Shown here one piece after another: positions 48,984-61,905 of a DNA stretch of 64,000 nucleotides. How positions within the stretch are numbered: position 1 is the first letter of the stretch; every line of letters begins with the position of its first letter. The notes beneath the pieces are model-generated. The model saw nothing but the letters and a program-made list of their open reading frames with translations. It was not told where the DNA came from and did not search any database. Where the stretch lies: the NCBI GenBank assembly GCA_963693365.1, contig CAVNZM010000010.1:9072554-9136553 (forward strand), in the 5' to 3' direction. The position numbers and the translations under genes are program-made. The DNA comes from Amoebidium appalachense. Its lineage: Eukaryota; Protista; Ichthyosporea.

Positions 48984-49919
48984 ACAAACACACCCACACT
49001 AGCTCTACATCTGCACAACCCCCCCTCTCAAAACCCTTCCTATACCTACCTCCTAATAACCTCCCCCTCCCCCTCCCCCCCCCCCCCCCCCCTCCCTCCC
49101 CCCCCCATCCGCTAGGACTCCCTGTACCCCCCCCCCCCTCCGGGGCCCTCCTCCCGGGCTTCCCCCACCGTTACCCCCACTGGATCTTTTTTTCCCCCCT
49201 CTAAACACCCCCCCAACCCCCCCCCCCCCCCAAACCACTATATCATCCTCTGAAACCTCACTCCCCCCCCCTCCGCCCCCTCCCTGGATCGACCTCTAAA
49301 CAACCCCCCCCCCCACCCCCGTGCCAACCCGGGCCAAAACTACAGGCACAAGCCGGCCATGGACACAGAAACTATTCAGGAAAGCATCACCGAAGGAATA
49401 TAAATCCGAACCGAAGGAAAGGCAGAAATCCAGGCAACGTGCAAGGGCATCGGAGGTGAAGTCCTCAAGAGCTTTAGGAGTGAATGATCATGAAACTAAA
49501 ACGCATTGCAGTAGATCGATGTACCGTCAAAGCCAAGGAATGTATTAACATTTTTAAGATCCAATTTTTCGAGAACGGGGCGTTGCCAAGATGTTAACAT
49601 AGTTACCATTCACAGAGATACATAGTAGAGACAGTAGGATCCAGTATGAATGTGGAGCCGGGAGGTGCCACTACGGCAGGCCTGCCGTCCTGCAGTGCAT
49701 ATGCATGGACAGATGGATGCAGGAAAACACAGGAAAAAACACTCAGAAACTAAAGCCATCGTCAGTCGCTTGTGTGCACCCATGGCCAAACTCCACTGAG
49801 CCTCTCCCGTACATACCAAGCCAGGCAGGCCAAACTGGGTGCAATTAATGTCGCAGTTGGGCATAGCTTTTGCTTTCCGAGGAAAAATAAACTTTTGACT
49901 GCCGGCTTGGTCGGGCGGC

Positions 49920-49970
49920 AAAATGGCGCCAAAACCCCTGAGGTGACGTCACAAACTCCCGAAGCCAATC
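49920..49970 (+). promoter_or_regulatory. Candidate promoter cluster: AAAATGGCG, GTGACGTCAC (49943-49952), CCAAT (49965-49969)
   Basis: Three recognised eukaryotic promoter motifs within 50 bp, 150-200 bp upstream of the ATG at 50120. Confidence 0.5.
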
Positions 49971-50119
49971 GGCAGTCGCCGCGTCTCAGTACACAGTGGG
50001 CACTGGCCCTGCCTTACCTCATGCCCATTCGAAGTCATTTTTTCCTGTGCCGCACCAACACAAGCTCAGTCCACGCGCTTGCCCTTTCTTCGAACTCACG
50101 TCCACCCCTTGCATCAACC

Positions 50120-50722
50120 ATGGCGCCCAAGACCCTGCTCGACTTTGTGGGCGTGACGCTGACGCCAGGCACGTGGGCGGACAGCACGCTGGTTGTGATT
50201 GACGCGCAGAGGGAGTACACGGAAGGCAGTGCGCGCCTGCACAACGTGGATGCCGCAGTGGAGCAGATCAAGACCCTGCTGCAGGCCGCACGCGAGGCCG
50301 GCGCACCCATCGTGCACGTGTTCCACAAGACACCCTCCGGGGCGCCTATTTTCGCTGAGGACGGGCCGACGTTCCCGCCCATAGCCGGGGTGGAGCCAGT
50401 GGAGGGAGAGGACACGGTGGAAAAGTCGCAGATCAGTGCGTTTGCCGGTACCAAGTTTGGCGACATACTGGAGGAGCACGGGCGCAAGTCGCTGGTGGTG
50501 GTGGGGTTCATGACGCACATGTGTGTGAGCACCACCGTGCGCCAGGCCAGCGAGCGCGGCTACAAGTCGACGGTGGTCGCGGCAGCCACGGCCACACGGG
50601 ACCTGCCCAGTGCCCTGGGGGGGGTGGTCAGTGCGGACGCCCTGCAGGTGGCCTCCCTGGCTGCCCTGGGCGATCGCTTTGCCCTCGTGGTGCCTGATGC
50701 CACTTACATAAAGGCCGCTTGA
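50120..50722 (+). CDS. Isochorismatase-like cysteine hydrolase, intronless, 200 aa
   Basis: Good Kozak context ACCATGG. Motifs LVVIDAQREY, VEKSQISAFAGT and VVGFMTHMCVSTTVR supply the D-K-C triad. Confidence 0.9.
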   Translation: MAPKTLLDFVGVTLTPGTWADSTLVVIDAQREYTEGSARLHNVDAAVEQIKTLLQAAREAGAPIVHVFHKTPSGAPIFAEDGPTFPPIAGVEPVEGEDTVEKSQISAFAGTKFGDILEEHGRKSLVVVGFMTHMCVSTTVRQASERGYKSTVVAAATATRDLPSALGGVVSADALQVASLAALGDRFALVVPDATYIKAA

Positions 50723-51183
50723 ATTTTTTCTTGTTTTCCGCTTGCTTTATGCTAACAGCTGTTTTTATGTTATAAGTGAAAAAATTCGTTTTGTTGAAAG
50801 GCAAGGGTTTTTTTTTCTGAGAAGCTTATGCGGCATAAGATGGCCCGTCGACTACTTAAAATTTTTTTCTCCTGCTGCTAAGTAGTAAACCTCAATGTAA
50901 TTTTTATAGAATATTGGGGTTTTGAAGGGCACCCACCAGTGAGTACACCAACCCCCCCTTTTGTACAACATTAGTCATTGCCCACAAGGTGTAGCATAGT
51001 GTACGTTGCAGCCAGCTGCCAGGTACGATTATGCTGCTATAGATACTTGCAAGAGGATCGTGCAAGGTAATAAAAAGGCTGCAGGACTTTTATTCCTGCT
51101 TTTTTTCCATACGAAAGTGGCACACTCGTGTGTTAATCTGTGTACAAAGAGGCTATTGTGCTCGCAGTTACGTGCTATCCAGA

Positions 51184-52310
51184 TCAGACCATATATAGTG
51201 GTGTGCTACCAACCAGTGTAGGCTTGCGTGAGGGATTTCTTCTGGCCCAACCCCTGCCACTGCCCAGCCGTTGCCCGCTTCCTGTCGTTGACAGGGCCCC
51301 GGCCACCAGCTCACATGCACAGGGCACCTTGACATCTGTGCGAGCCAGCAGGGCCTCGAGGGTGGCCACACTGAGCTGCGCATAGTCCACCGTGGCCCAT
51401 ATCGCTGCCATCTCCTGCTCGCTGGCCTCCCAGCCAATTGGCCCCGTCAGGTATGCAGCCACCCACCGGTAGCGTTCCTCCTCGTTGTCGTGCACACGGC
51501 CAGGCCCCGTGCGTGCCACCGTGCCCGGCACATAGACGGCAGGGAGCTCGGCCAGGCTGGCCTGGGGCTTGTCAGCCACCGTGCAGGACGACCAGCTGCA
51601 CCGCAGTGCGTCGTGCAGCACAGGGCTGACCTGCAGCCACAGCCGACGGCCACAGCCACACAGCGCCCAAACAGCCTGGCTGCCACCTGGGCCGGCACGG
51701 GGGCGTCTTTTACTCTCAGCAGGGCCAGTAGCTCGACAAAGTGCTCGACCGGTTGTTGTTGGTCTGTGGTCGCCACGACCTGGGCCATATGGGCCCTGCA
51801 GGCCCGCACCCTCTGCAGCACAAGCACCAGCCCCGTGTCCGGCAGCCCAGCCACGGCACTGGCTGTTAACGTTGCCTGGCTGAGCCCAAACGCCAGCTGG
51901 TCGGCAGCAACTCGTGCGACATCGTCCTTGTGCAGTGCCAGTGCCAGGCCCAGCGTGGTGGGCGCATGGGCCGGGCCCAGCAGGCCTGACTTTGTCAGGT
52001 GCTTGTGGCAGGCCAGGGCCAGGGACGGGCACTCTGAGGTAGCGAGCACAGGCCAGCAGAGGCACGCCGGCCAGCTGTGCGGCCCCGTCGTACCCGAGTC
52101 CGTCGATCGCGAAAGCCTTCGGAAACTGAAAAGCGAAAGAGAACAAGGAATGGTTTGCGCAAACAAGTGAGCCATTCTATAAATAGTTACGAGCGACGGA
52201 TCCGTTGCTATATATAGCACCAGTATGTTGTAGGCGCATGGCCCGAAGCGGCGGTGCACGGCAGCAACTTCCTTGCTTGAGTCCGTCAGTGTGCCGATCG
52301 ATGCTGAAAC
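51184..52310 (-). CDS. Putative BTB/BACK-like protein, several short introns, 5' structure uncertain
   Basis: Two overlapping GC-rich ORFs can be joined by a 56-nt GT-AG intron at 51686-51631 (VPAQ|VSPVLHDA). NEEERYRWVAAYL...IWATVDYAQLSVATLEAL resembles a BACK domain. Confidence 0.5.
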
Positions 52311-52590
52311 TTGAAAAAACGAAAGTATAACATTAACGCGGCCTAGAGAACCCAGAGAACCCACAGGCGACTTGGACACAGCCTGCTAGGGGAATAAGAG
52401 TAGCGAAAAACTTTGTCTCTCGTGCGCGTTATACGAGACCGACACAAAGCATTTCGTCGCGTTTAGGGGTATCCGAGGTCGCTGCAGGTCGAGCGTGGCA
52501 CACCTCTCATGGCCCGTGCGTGAGGACAAGTTTCCTTTACGCCCCCGCCCCTACATTGAATAGCACACAGACACACACGCACACACAACC

Positions 52591-52875
52591 ATGCCACGGG
52601 CAGTATGGAAAGGTCCGTTTGTGGACGGGTCAGTGCTTAAGCTGGTCGACGCGGCACGGCGCGGGCTGCTTCCCAAAGACACAGGACTCAAGACAACATC
52701 TAGGGCCACCACCATTATTCCACAGTTTGTGGGTATGACGTTTCACATCCACAACGGGAGAAAGTATCTGCCCCTCACCGTTGTACAAGAGATGATTGGG
52801 CACAGGTTTGGCGAGTTTGCCGGCACAAGGACGTTCTACGGGCACAAAGACAAGGACAAGAAGAAGAAGAAGTAG
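52591..52875 (+). CDS. rps19: Bacterial/mitochondrial-type ribosomal protein uS19 (nuclear-encoded uS19m), 94 aa
   Basis: MPRAVWKGPFVD, SRATTIIPQFVG, IHNGRKY and MIGHRFGEFAGTR are S19 signature motifs. Intronless, with ACCATG context. Confidence 0.93.
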   Translation: MPRAVWKGPFVDGSVLKLVDAARRGLLPKDTGLKTTSRATTIIPQFVGMTFHIHNGRKYLPLTVVQEMIGHRFGEFAGTRTFYGHKDKDKKKKK

Positions 52876-53079
52876 AGCGGGTGAGGAGTCATGTTGGCTG
52901 CAGGCACAGCAAATGGACAGGGCGTATGGCAACTAAACACTGGGGCTGCTGGTCGGCCAAAACACTCTTGTGCATGTTTGAGGTCTGGTCTGGGGCTCGG
53001 GGGTTGCCGCGGTCATGCGTTTGCATTCACAGAGAGAAGGGGGGGCGGGCAGGGGCGGGGGGGGGGGGGGGGGGGGGAG

Positions 53080-53120
<41 letters not shown>

Positions 53121-53391
53121 CGCGCGCGCGCGAGAGTGAGTGTGAGGTGAGAGTGAGGGCATGTTTGTGTGCTTGAGGGAGGGAGGGAGGGAGTGAGTGG
53201 GAAATACGTATGAGATTGAGCGAGCAAGTGAGGAAGTAAGTGGAGGGTGGGAAAGGGGGGGAAAGGAAATGTTTTTTGGGAGGAGGACGGGAAGGGGAAG
53301 TTGTGAAAGGAATGGAATGAATTTTAGGATTCAAGGAGGTTGAGGTAGGGGGGAGATGGTGAAAGGCTCGAGGCAAGTGAATACGCCTGCA

Positions 53392-53695
53392 GACACAAGG
53401 GCATATACAGGCACACACACAAGGGCATATGCAAGCACACACACACACACACACACAAGGCATATACAGGCAGACACACGCACGCACACACACAAGGGCA
53501 CATACAGGCAGACTCACACAAACACACAAGGGCATATACAGGCAGACACACATACACACACACAAGGGCATGTAGAGGCACACACGCACGCGCACACATA
53601 AGGGCATATACAGACACACCCACACCTACACGCACACACACAAGGGCATATAGAGGCACACACACATGCACACACACAAGGGCATATACGGGCAC
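53392..53695. repeat. Minisatellite (ACACAAGGGCATATACAGGCA + CA spacer)
   Basis: About nine AAGGGCAY cores. Confidence 0.8.
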
Positions 53696-54099
53696 CCTTT
53701 CACCCACACGCACACACCCCTGCATAAACATACACCCGCACTTGTGTGAGATACATACGAGGAAGGGGAGGGAGGGAGAGAGGGGAGGCAGGGGCGGAGA
53801 GAGAGCGAGAGAGGCAGAGAGAGCATGCTTCGCGGGGTTGGGGGGTCTTGGGATAAAAAGGGCACTGGGTGAAGCAGTCACAGCTCATAGGCCTGCCGTG
53901 CTGTCTCGTGTCTCGACCACCCCCAGCCTCTGCAGTGGTGGCCACCATGGGCCATGCCCTACCACCCTGCCACCCCCATGTTCTTTTTTAGCTATAGTTC
54001 TGTGTTCGTTCTATCTCCCTCACCGAGAGCTATTCTAAGATCAAACTTCCCTACCCCCCTCCCCCCTCCCCCCCCTCCCCACACACACACACTGTACAT

Positions 54100-54234
54100 G
54101 TGGATGACGTGGGGCCCCCCTGAGGATGGGCCCTGGCTAGTATGCATACTCTGTATGTGTGGTTTGCACATGATGCATTGTGTTATTCCGTGGGAAAAGT
54201 TATTTCATTTCCGTACTCTGTGGCGCATTCATCC
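54100..54234 (-). repeat. Copy of the poly-G-associated dispersed repeat
   Basis: Abuts the C-run at about 54233 and contains TGGATGACGTGGGGCCCCCCTGAGGATGGGCCC. Confidence 0.65.
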
Positions 54235-54359
54235 CCCCCCCCCCCCCCCCCTCCCCCCCCCTTCCAGATGTATACGCAGTGCCACCTCCTGAGACCTACT
54301 GTGTGCTGGCATGCACCAGATAATCTTTACTGCCTGTCCAGGCAGCCGATTTCTCTCAG

Positions 54360-54745
54360 TCTATCCAAGCCGGCGATATCTCTTACACTATACAAAATAT
54401 CAAAGTAGACCTGGACCGAATAGTGCATTATCTCTCACGGCCTATCCAAGTGGCCCATATCTCTTGCAGTATATCCAACTAATTTGTCCAAATCTCTCCT
54501 GGATCCTATGTCGTGTAGTCTATCTCTCAATATTCAAGTAGTCCATATCTTTCACAACGCAATATCATGAGTCACATCTAGATCTCTCACAATATATCCA
54601 AGTAATACACATATGCATCCCTTACAATTATATCCATGCAGTCCATACCTCGTGATATATCCAAGTAGTTCATATCTCTTGCAATATATCCAAGTAGCCG
54701 CACATATCTCCACAGTATATCCACGTAGCTCACCTCTCGATCACT
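54360..54745. repeat. Degenerate ~30-bp tandem repeat (ATATCCAAGTAG..CATATCTC)
   Basis: TATCCAAG and ATATCTC cores recur at roughly 30-bp spacing. Confidence 0.65.
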
Positions 54746-55201
54746 CCTAAATTCAAGTGGTCCACTCATGGTGTTGGCCCATGTGTATTTTGCACTTTCC
54801 TTTTCCTCCTGTTCCTCCGCAGCTGGAGCGCTAGCCACCAAGTTCTGGCTATCATGCGTATTAATATTTTGCTTGGCTATACACGTGATATATATCCTGC
54901 GAATATATCCCCCCCTCCCCCCCCCCGGCCGTTTCCCTGCACACCTGCTACACACACACACACACACAGTCACCATGCCGGCCATGCATGGCAATCGTGG
55001 CCACGGCGATCAATTCACACGGGCATGCTAAGCCATGTTAAACGTTACTGGGGCCCCTTACCGCTGGCCCTGACGTACGTACGTAGGTGTACACTGGCTG
55101 TGCTCAGTTACATGTCAGATCTAGATACACCATGGTCGGATCATCAATCTGCATATGTATGTGACCTCAGCCCGGCTATATTGGCAAGCGCAGCCATGCA
55201 G

Positions 55202-55234
<33 letters not shown>

Positions 55235-55569
55235 CACACATGTGCACACACACACACACACACATGTACATGCTCTGAGAAGTTGGCCTACTAATGCAGC
55301 AGCAGACAAAATATTCGAACAAAAGTGCGTCGACAGTGCAAGTGGTGGTTTATTGTGGCCTTAGCTTGCCGCTGACAGGTGGCCCATTCAATGATACGTG
55401 TCATTCTCAATCCCAGGCTAGAGCATCACAGATGCCATACTTATATACAATGTCACCACCCCACTAAACCCTTCCCCCCCCCCCCCTCCCCCTCCCCCCC
55501 CCCCCTCCCCCCCTCCCTCCCCCCCCCCCCCCCCCCCCCCGGCGCCCCTCTCCCTTCTAATTTAGCACA

Positions 55570-55824
55570 TCAGTCCATGTCGCTGTCGCTGGCCCCCAGT
55601 GCGCTGTGCAGCATGTCTTCAAACTCACTACTCCGCATGCTGTCGTCACTGTAGCTGCCTGATGAGGACCCGTGCCCATCATCGTCCCCTGCAGGGTTAA
55701 ACCAAATGGTCAGACTATGGCTGCACAACACCACTGCATTAAAAAAACATGTGGCCACGTCTTATGTGCGTGGTGTGCTCTCGACGAAAGTATGGGTTTT
55801 GAATTTGTGTGTCCTGTTACAGCA

Positions 55825-55857
<33 letters not shown>

Positions 55858-56360
55858 TATCTACACATGTGCTGCATAATAATCAATATGTCGGTGTCAG
55901 CGTGGAGAAAAACGGGGGGGGGGGGGGGGGGGGGGGGGGTTTCAAGATTTGCTAAAAGTATGAAGTACATATTCACAACAGACTGCACAGCACACATAGA
56001 GAGTATGCATCACAAGTGAGGGGAATACACCATGTGCGACTGTGCAATTGTTAACGGGCCAAAGGAAACACTTTGGGGGAAGGGCGGAGGGAGGCGGGGA
56101 GGGGATGCTACTTACGGTCCCTGCCGTTATATGACAGCATTTCCTCCAAAGCCTCTGGAGGAAGACTGGGGGGGGAGGAGTGGTTTGTCAGGTGGGCAAG
56201 CTGCCTCATGGGGGCACACTAGACACACGGATACGGCACTCCACCCACCCACACACCACCTATGCCCTCCCACACTGCTACCTCCTCTCCATTCTCTCCT
56301 CGCACCACGACCACTGTTCATTCCCTCTCTCTCAATACCACCTCGATATACGTTCGCGCA

Positions 56361-56402
<42 letters not shown>

Positions 56403-56838
56403 AAAGCCTTCTACCAGCATCTATGCCTTCTCACTACAACCTACAACCCAAGAGGGTTTCCACACAAACCAGTGCAATAGTTGTTGGCCCATGCATACAG
56501 ATGCACGTGCAGGGCATGGCAGGGACCTACTAGTTTGGGTGGCTGTCTCTTCTGCTGTATGGACTGCCCTGGCTGTCCTCGTCATCGTCCCAGCCGTCAC
56601 TCTCCTCCTCCCTCCTACCCTCCCCCTCCACAGTGTGGTGGTCCCGCAGGGACGTGAACTCCCTGTGCACCCACGTGCAAGTGTCAGTGTGCGTGTGTGT
56701 GGATGCAAGGGACTACGTGCATGGTGACGGCACCAATCGGGCAGAGGCAAGCTTTTGTCGTGTGGCTGCTTAGGCACACGTGCGCGTGTGTGTACGTGCG
56801 TGTGTGTGTGTGGGGTGGGAGGGGGGAGGAGGGGGGGG

Positions 56839-56869
<31 letters not shown>

Positions 56870-57476
56870 TGGGGGGGGGGGGGGGGGGGTTTGAATGCGT
56901 CATAAAGTATGAAGTACACAAGAACAACGGATAGGAGGGGGGGGCGGGGGGGAGAGTGGGGAGAGCAGAGAGAATGAGAGGGGGGGGAAAGAGGGGGGCG
57001 GGGGGAAGGGGGAGAGTGGGGGGAGCAGAGGGAATGAGGGGGGGGGAAAGAGGGGGGCGGGGGGGAGGGGGAGAGTGGGGGGAGCAGAGGGAATGAGGGG
57101 GGGGGGAAAGAGGGGGGGGGGGGAGGGGGAGGAGGTGGGGGGGGAGGGGAGAGTGGGGGGAGCAGAGGGAATGAGGGGGGGGGGAAGGGGGGGGGGGGGG
57201 GGGGGGGAGGGGGGGGAGGGGGGGAGAGTGGGGGGAGCAAAGGGAATGAGGGGGGGAAAAGAGGGGGGGGGGGGGGAGGGGGCTGCACATCAGACACACC
57301 TAGTGAGGCCGTTTCTTGTGTCGACAAAGACCAATCGCAGGTGGATGTTGTGGCAGGCAGCAAGCTGGGCCGCAGCCTGGCCCTCCACAGGCAGGGGCAG
57401 ATAGTCACTGCGCCTATCACGTGGGCCCAGGGAGATGTGGTGGATGCTGGGGGGCAGCGCCATGGCCAGGCTGGGC

Positions 57477-57523
<47 letters not shown>

Positions 57524-58317
57524 TGTGTATGTGTTGGCGTGCTAATGTGTGGTGGTGTGTGCATGGGTGTTGGTGTGTTTTGAGTGGTTGTGTGGATGTG
57601 GATGTGTGTGCATGTGGGTGCATGGGTGTGTGACTGGGAGCATGTGTGGTTGTGTCAGTGTGCACACGTGTGTTTGTGTGTGTGTGTGTCAGTGTGTGGA
57701 TGCGTAAAGGTGCGGATGCATGGGGTTTTCATGATGGATGGGTCTGCGTATGAACGGGTGCTGGTGGGTGCTGGTGTGTCATGTGTGCGTGTGTGGGTGT
57801 GTGCATGTACGTATGTGTGGGTGTTTGCATGTGTGCATGTATGGATGTGTCCATGTGCACCCTAGTGCTCCTTCGACGTACAGGGAGCATTTGCCCATCA
57901 CCACGTCTGCTTATGTGCTCAAAGAACCAAGCACGTCACTCCCTTACCCATCCCCTTCCCCTCCTGTGTCCATCCATCCCTCTTACCCCCTTCCCCCCTC
58001 CCCCTCCATCCCCAGCACATCCACAGCCCCTCCCTACTTCCCCTGCCTGGCCCAACCCAGCCCCCAGTCCCACGTACCCCTTGACCACGGCTAGGGTCAG
58101 TCTCAGTCTTCTGAACGGTCTACCACCCCCCCTCGTTTGCCGGGCCACTCTCAGTCCCAACCACTCCACCACACGACCCTCCTTGGGCCGGCCCACACCC
58201 CTCTCCTTCTGCCCTGACGCCTGCCGCTGCCGAAGGGTTACAACCCATGTCTCCCCCAGGGCGTGGAAGGATGTGCTGGATGTGTCATTGACTACCTCGT
58301 CGTACTCTAGTCGCACA

Positions 58318-58399
<82 letters not shown>

Positions 58400-59379
58400 A
58401 GTGAGTGTGTGGTGAGTGTGTGTGTGTATGAGTGAGTGTGTGGTGAGTGTGTGTGTGTGTGCGTGTGTGTGCACGCCATGTGAGTGTGTGCATGTGTGCA
58501 TATGCACCATAGCTGCACCACACATGAATCTGCTGTTGCTACCGACTGGAGGCTCGTATCCATAGCTGCCCTTCTGCATTGAAGGTGAAAAGACACCGTC
58601 GTGATGCAAACCCCCCCCCCCCCCCCCCCCCCCTGCACCACTACCAAGGCCATCACCATCGCCTCACCTCTTCCCCTTCCCATACCCACACAGAGAGGGC
58701 AAGCTGATGAGACGCCAGAACACACGCACAACCACCAGACATGCTAATTTTTGCACGTACCCCTGACCTCGATGTTCCTAGCCCTGGCCGAGATCAGGCC
58801 CAGCACGCTATTGGCTGTGGCCTGTGCCTGCTCACTGGCCTTGCGCTGCTCCTCCTGCCCCAGCCAATCAGCAACCAGTCACCAACCAATCAAAAGCCAG
58901 CCAATCAGCAGTTAGCTAGTTGCCACCCAGTGTCGGCCTGGCTGCAGGGGGCACGTGCCGCCCAGCAGAGTCTCCCTGTGGGTCTTTGCGTTTCTCAAAA
59001 TATTGGGGTTTGGCAAATTACAGATGTGATTGGTGCTTTTTAAAGTTATCCCATTGTTCAGTGATTGCAGATTTGTGATTGGTCAACGGTGTCTTTAGTT
59101 GCATTAAATTTAAGAAATTGATGAGGAGGCTTGGAGGATTGATTGCGGTTCTATAAGCAAATTAAAATTAACCAATCAGAAGCCTTGAAACACCTATTAA
59201 ATAGCCTAACATTAAAGATTACCAATCAAACTATACCGTTAGCAAACCCAGAAAGCCATCCAGGAACGAAAAGAACCTCTGAATTCTCCGACATCAACAA
59301 ACATTTAACTTTTTCTCGCCGATTCAAGTTTCTCTTTTTCTCCTTTTTTTTTTTTTCTCCGTAGGGGGAGAGGGGCGGG

Positions 59380-59417
<38 letters not shown>

Positions 59418-59646
59418 TATGGTTGCAGCTACCTCCTGCAGGTGCCTCCAGGCCACCATGCCCACAATGTCAGCCCCCGTCATGCTTGCATACGTGCAGC
59501 TGCCCTGTGCCCTTAGTCAGACCCACACCCATGGCCTGCCCACGTGCTTTCTGCACACGTGTTTGCATCCACACACATTCATCCCCCCGCCCCCTTCATC
59601 CCCCCCCCCCCCCTCCCGGGTCGAAAAGGACACCCCCCCCCCCCCC

Positions 59647-59701
<55 letters not shown>

Positions 59702-60343
59702 AAAAAAACAAAAAAACAAAAAAAAACAACAAAAAAAAACAAACAAAAAAACACATTCCTGCCATATACCCCCCTCCCCACCCCCCCCCCCTCTTCCCCC
59801 CAAAACACACACACACACACACACATACACACACTCTCTCTCTCCAATGCCATATACCCCCTCTCCCCCCTCCCCCCCCCACACACACACTCCTGCCATA
59901 CCTCCCCCCCCCCCCTCCCCCGCCCACAAATTCTCTCTCTCCTGCCATCCAACCCCCCCCACACACACACCCACACCCACATACACACACATTTCTGCCA
60001 TACAATCCCCTTCCCCCCCCTCCCCCCCCCCCCCCCCCCAAAACCCACACACACACACAATCCTGCCAAATAACTCCCCCCCCCCCCCCCCACACACACA
60101 CACACAAACACATACACATCACACTCCTGCCATATAACCTTCCCCCCTCCCCCCTCCCCCTCCCGTCCCCCCCCACCCACCCACACACAACCCCCCCTCC
60201 CCCCCCACCTGGTGGTCCTGCTGGGCCCGTGCCGTACCCGTCCATCCACAGCCGATGGCTGCATAGATGCACGTGGCTGGCCGGTGCTCACACTCCTCTC
60301 TCTGGTGTGGCCCCAACTGCAACACCAAATGTCAGCCCCACGT

Positions 60344-60385
<42 letters not shown>

Positions 60386-60574
60386 TGCCCACCAAAACCA
60401 CACAGCCCCAAGCACACGTCCCTACCTCTTGCTCCACATACGCCCCAGCTCATCAATCCCATTCAACCCAAGCCATCAACCCCCCCCCCCCCCCTCTTTA
60501 CTTCTCCCCCCCTCCAGGCACACCCATACCCCTCACCAACCAACCACATCCAAAATCACACATGATGACGTTCC

Positions 60575-60612
<38 letters not shown>

Positions 60613-60727
60613 CCCCCTCTCCCCGGGCAAAAAAAAAAAAAAAAAAAATCAAAGAGAAAAAAAATAATAAAAAAATATTAATTTGCCTACACAAAATACC
60701 TTGTGTGCCCATTCACAACGGCTAACC

Positions 60728-60758
<31 letters not shown>

Positions 60759-60906
60759 AAAAAAAAAAAAAAAAATAAACCCACCCTTGCCACAGTCAGC
60801 TCAACCCCACAGCCCTGGTGGGGGCAGTGTGCCGGCAGCTGGTCTCGGGCCTTCTCGGCAACATAGTTGCGGGTGGGGTTGCTGCGGCTCATACGCACCC
60901 TGTGTG

Positions 60907-60966
<60 letters not shown>

Positions 60967-61905
60967 TGTTTGTGTGTGTGTGCGCATATGCATGTGCGTG
61001 TGCATGTGCGTGTGTGTGTGCGCATGCGCACCACGTGTGTGTGAGTGTGCATGCCCTTTTATTTTCTACGTGTGTGTACATCTACTACGTGTGTATGCGT
61101 AAGCTCAAATATATGTCGAATTACTGCTACGCTGTGCAGTTGCATGTCTCTCAAAGACATAGTCCTTGTTTGCTGCCCCCCAACCCCCCCCCCCCCCCCC
61201 CCAAAAAAAAAAAAAAAGTGCTTTCCATGTGAACGGGTGTGTGTGGACTTCGAAAATTTCCACACTACTCCGTGCCCACACGAGTGCCCGTGTGCGACCA
61301 TATACATTAACCGTGTGCTTGGCGTGCATCACCAACCTGCAGGAGGGGCACACACAGGCGTCCTGGGAGGCCACGCGTGTGTGGCAGTCGGCACACAGCA
61401 GGTGGCCGTTGCTGCATTGGAATATCTCCGCCTCGGGCTGTGTGAGGCATATGGTGCAGCTGAGCATAGCGCCTACAGGCCCGTCAGGATCTAGCCTGTG
61501 TTCTGGCGCTTCTTTTTGCTTGGCCACGGGCTGAGCTTCCGCCATGTTCTCTGCACCCCTCTCTTCCCTCTGCTCTGACCCTTGTTCCTCGCCGTCTCCT
61601 TCTCCCACATCCTCCTCCCGCTTCGCTACTGGCGCTCTGGGTGGGACTTCTGCTACCTCTGCGTCTTCTGCCTGTGCTGATTCTTGCTCGTTTTTCTCTG
61701 CCTCTCCACCCTGCTCCTGCTCGCCCTCCTCTTCCTTCTTCTCCTTCTTCTTCTTCTTCGTCTTCTTCTTCTTCTTCTTTCTCTGTGTGTTCTCCTCTGC
61801 AGGCCTCTTCACGCCTCTACCATTGGGCCTGTCACTGTCACTTTCTGACCCCTCCCTCTCCTCCTCCACCTCCCTCTCTACTCTCTGTGCCACCACCTCT
61901 GCCAT
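55570..61905 (-). CDS. ZFTRAF1: CYHR1/ZFTRAF1-like protein (RING + TRAF-type zinc finger + conserved C-terminal domain)
   Basis: Exons 61905-61337, 60899-60785, 60316-60209, 59504-59433, 58854-58761, 58318-58078 and 57476-57300, then either 56662-56530 (stop) or 56662-56619 plus 55688-55570; phases consistent. Motifs [65 protein letters not shown] and NIHLRLVF are collinear with animal CYHR1 as I recall it. Confidence 0.82.
56940..57280. repeat. G-rich minisatellite (GGGGAGAGTGGGGGGAGCAGAGGGAATGAGGGGG)
   Basis: About five units in intron 7 of the CYHR1-like gene. Confidence 0.8.

Noticed and set aside
49772-50119. N-terminal extension of the 316-aa hydrolase ORF
   Set aside because: It starts at a non-ATG codon and spans promoter motifs; family similarity starts at the ATG at 50120.
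53870-54850. Short GC-rich exon-like patches (MVATTAEAGG..., QNLVASAPAAEEQEEKE...)
   Set aside because: They could not be linked into a phase-consistent model and have no recognisable motif.
61105-61336. 3' part of the 266-aa ORF after CPSCR
   Set aside because: Intronic read-through; CYHR1-like similarity continues in the exon at 60899 instead.
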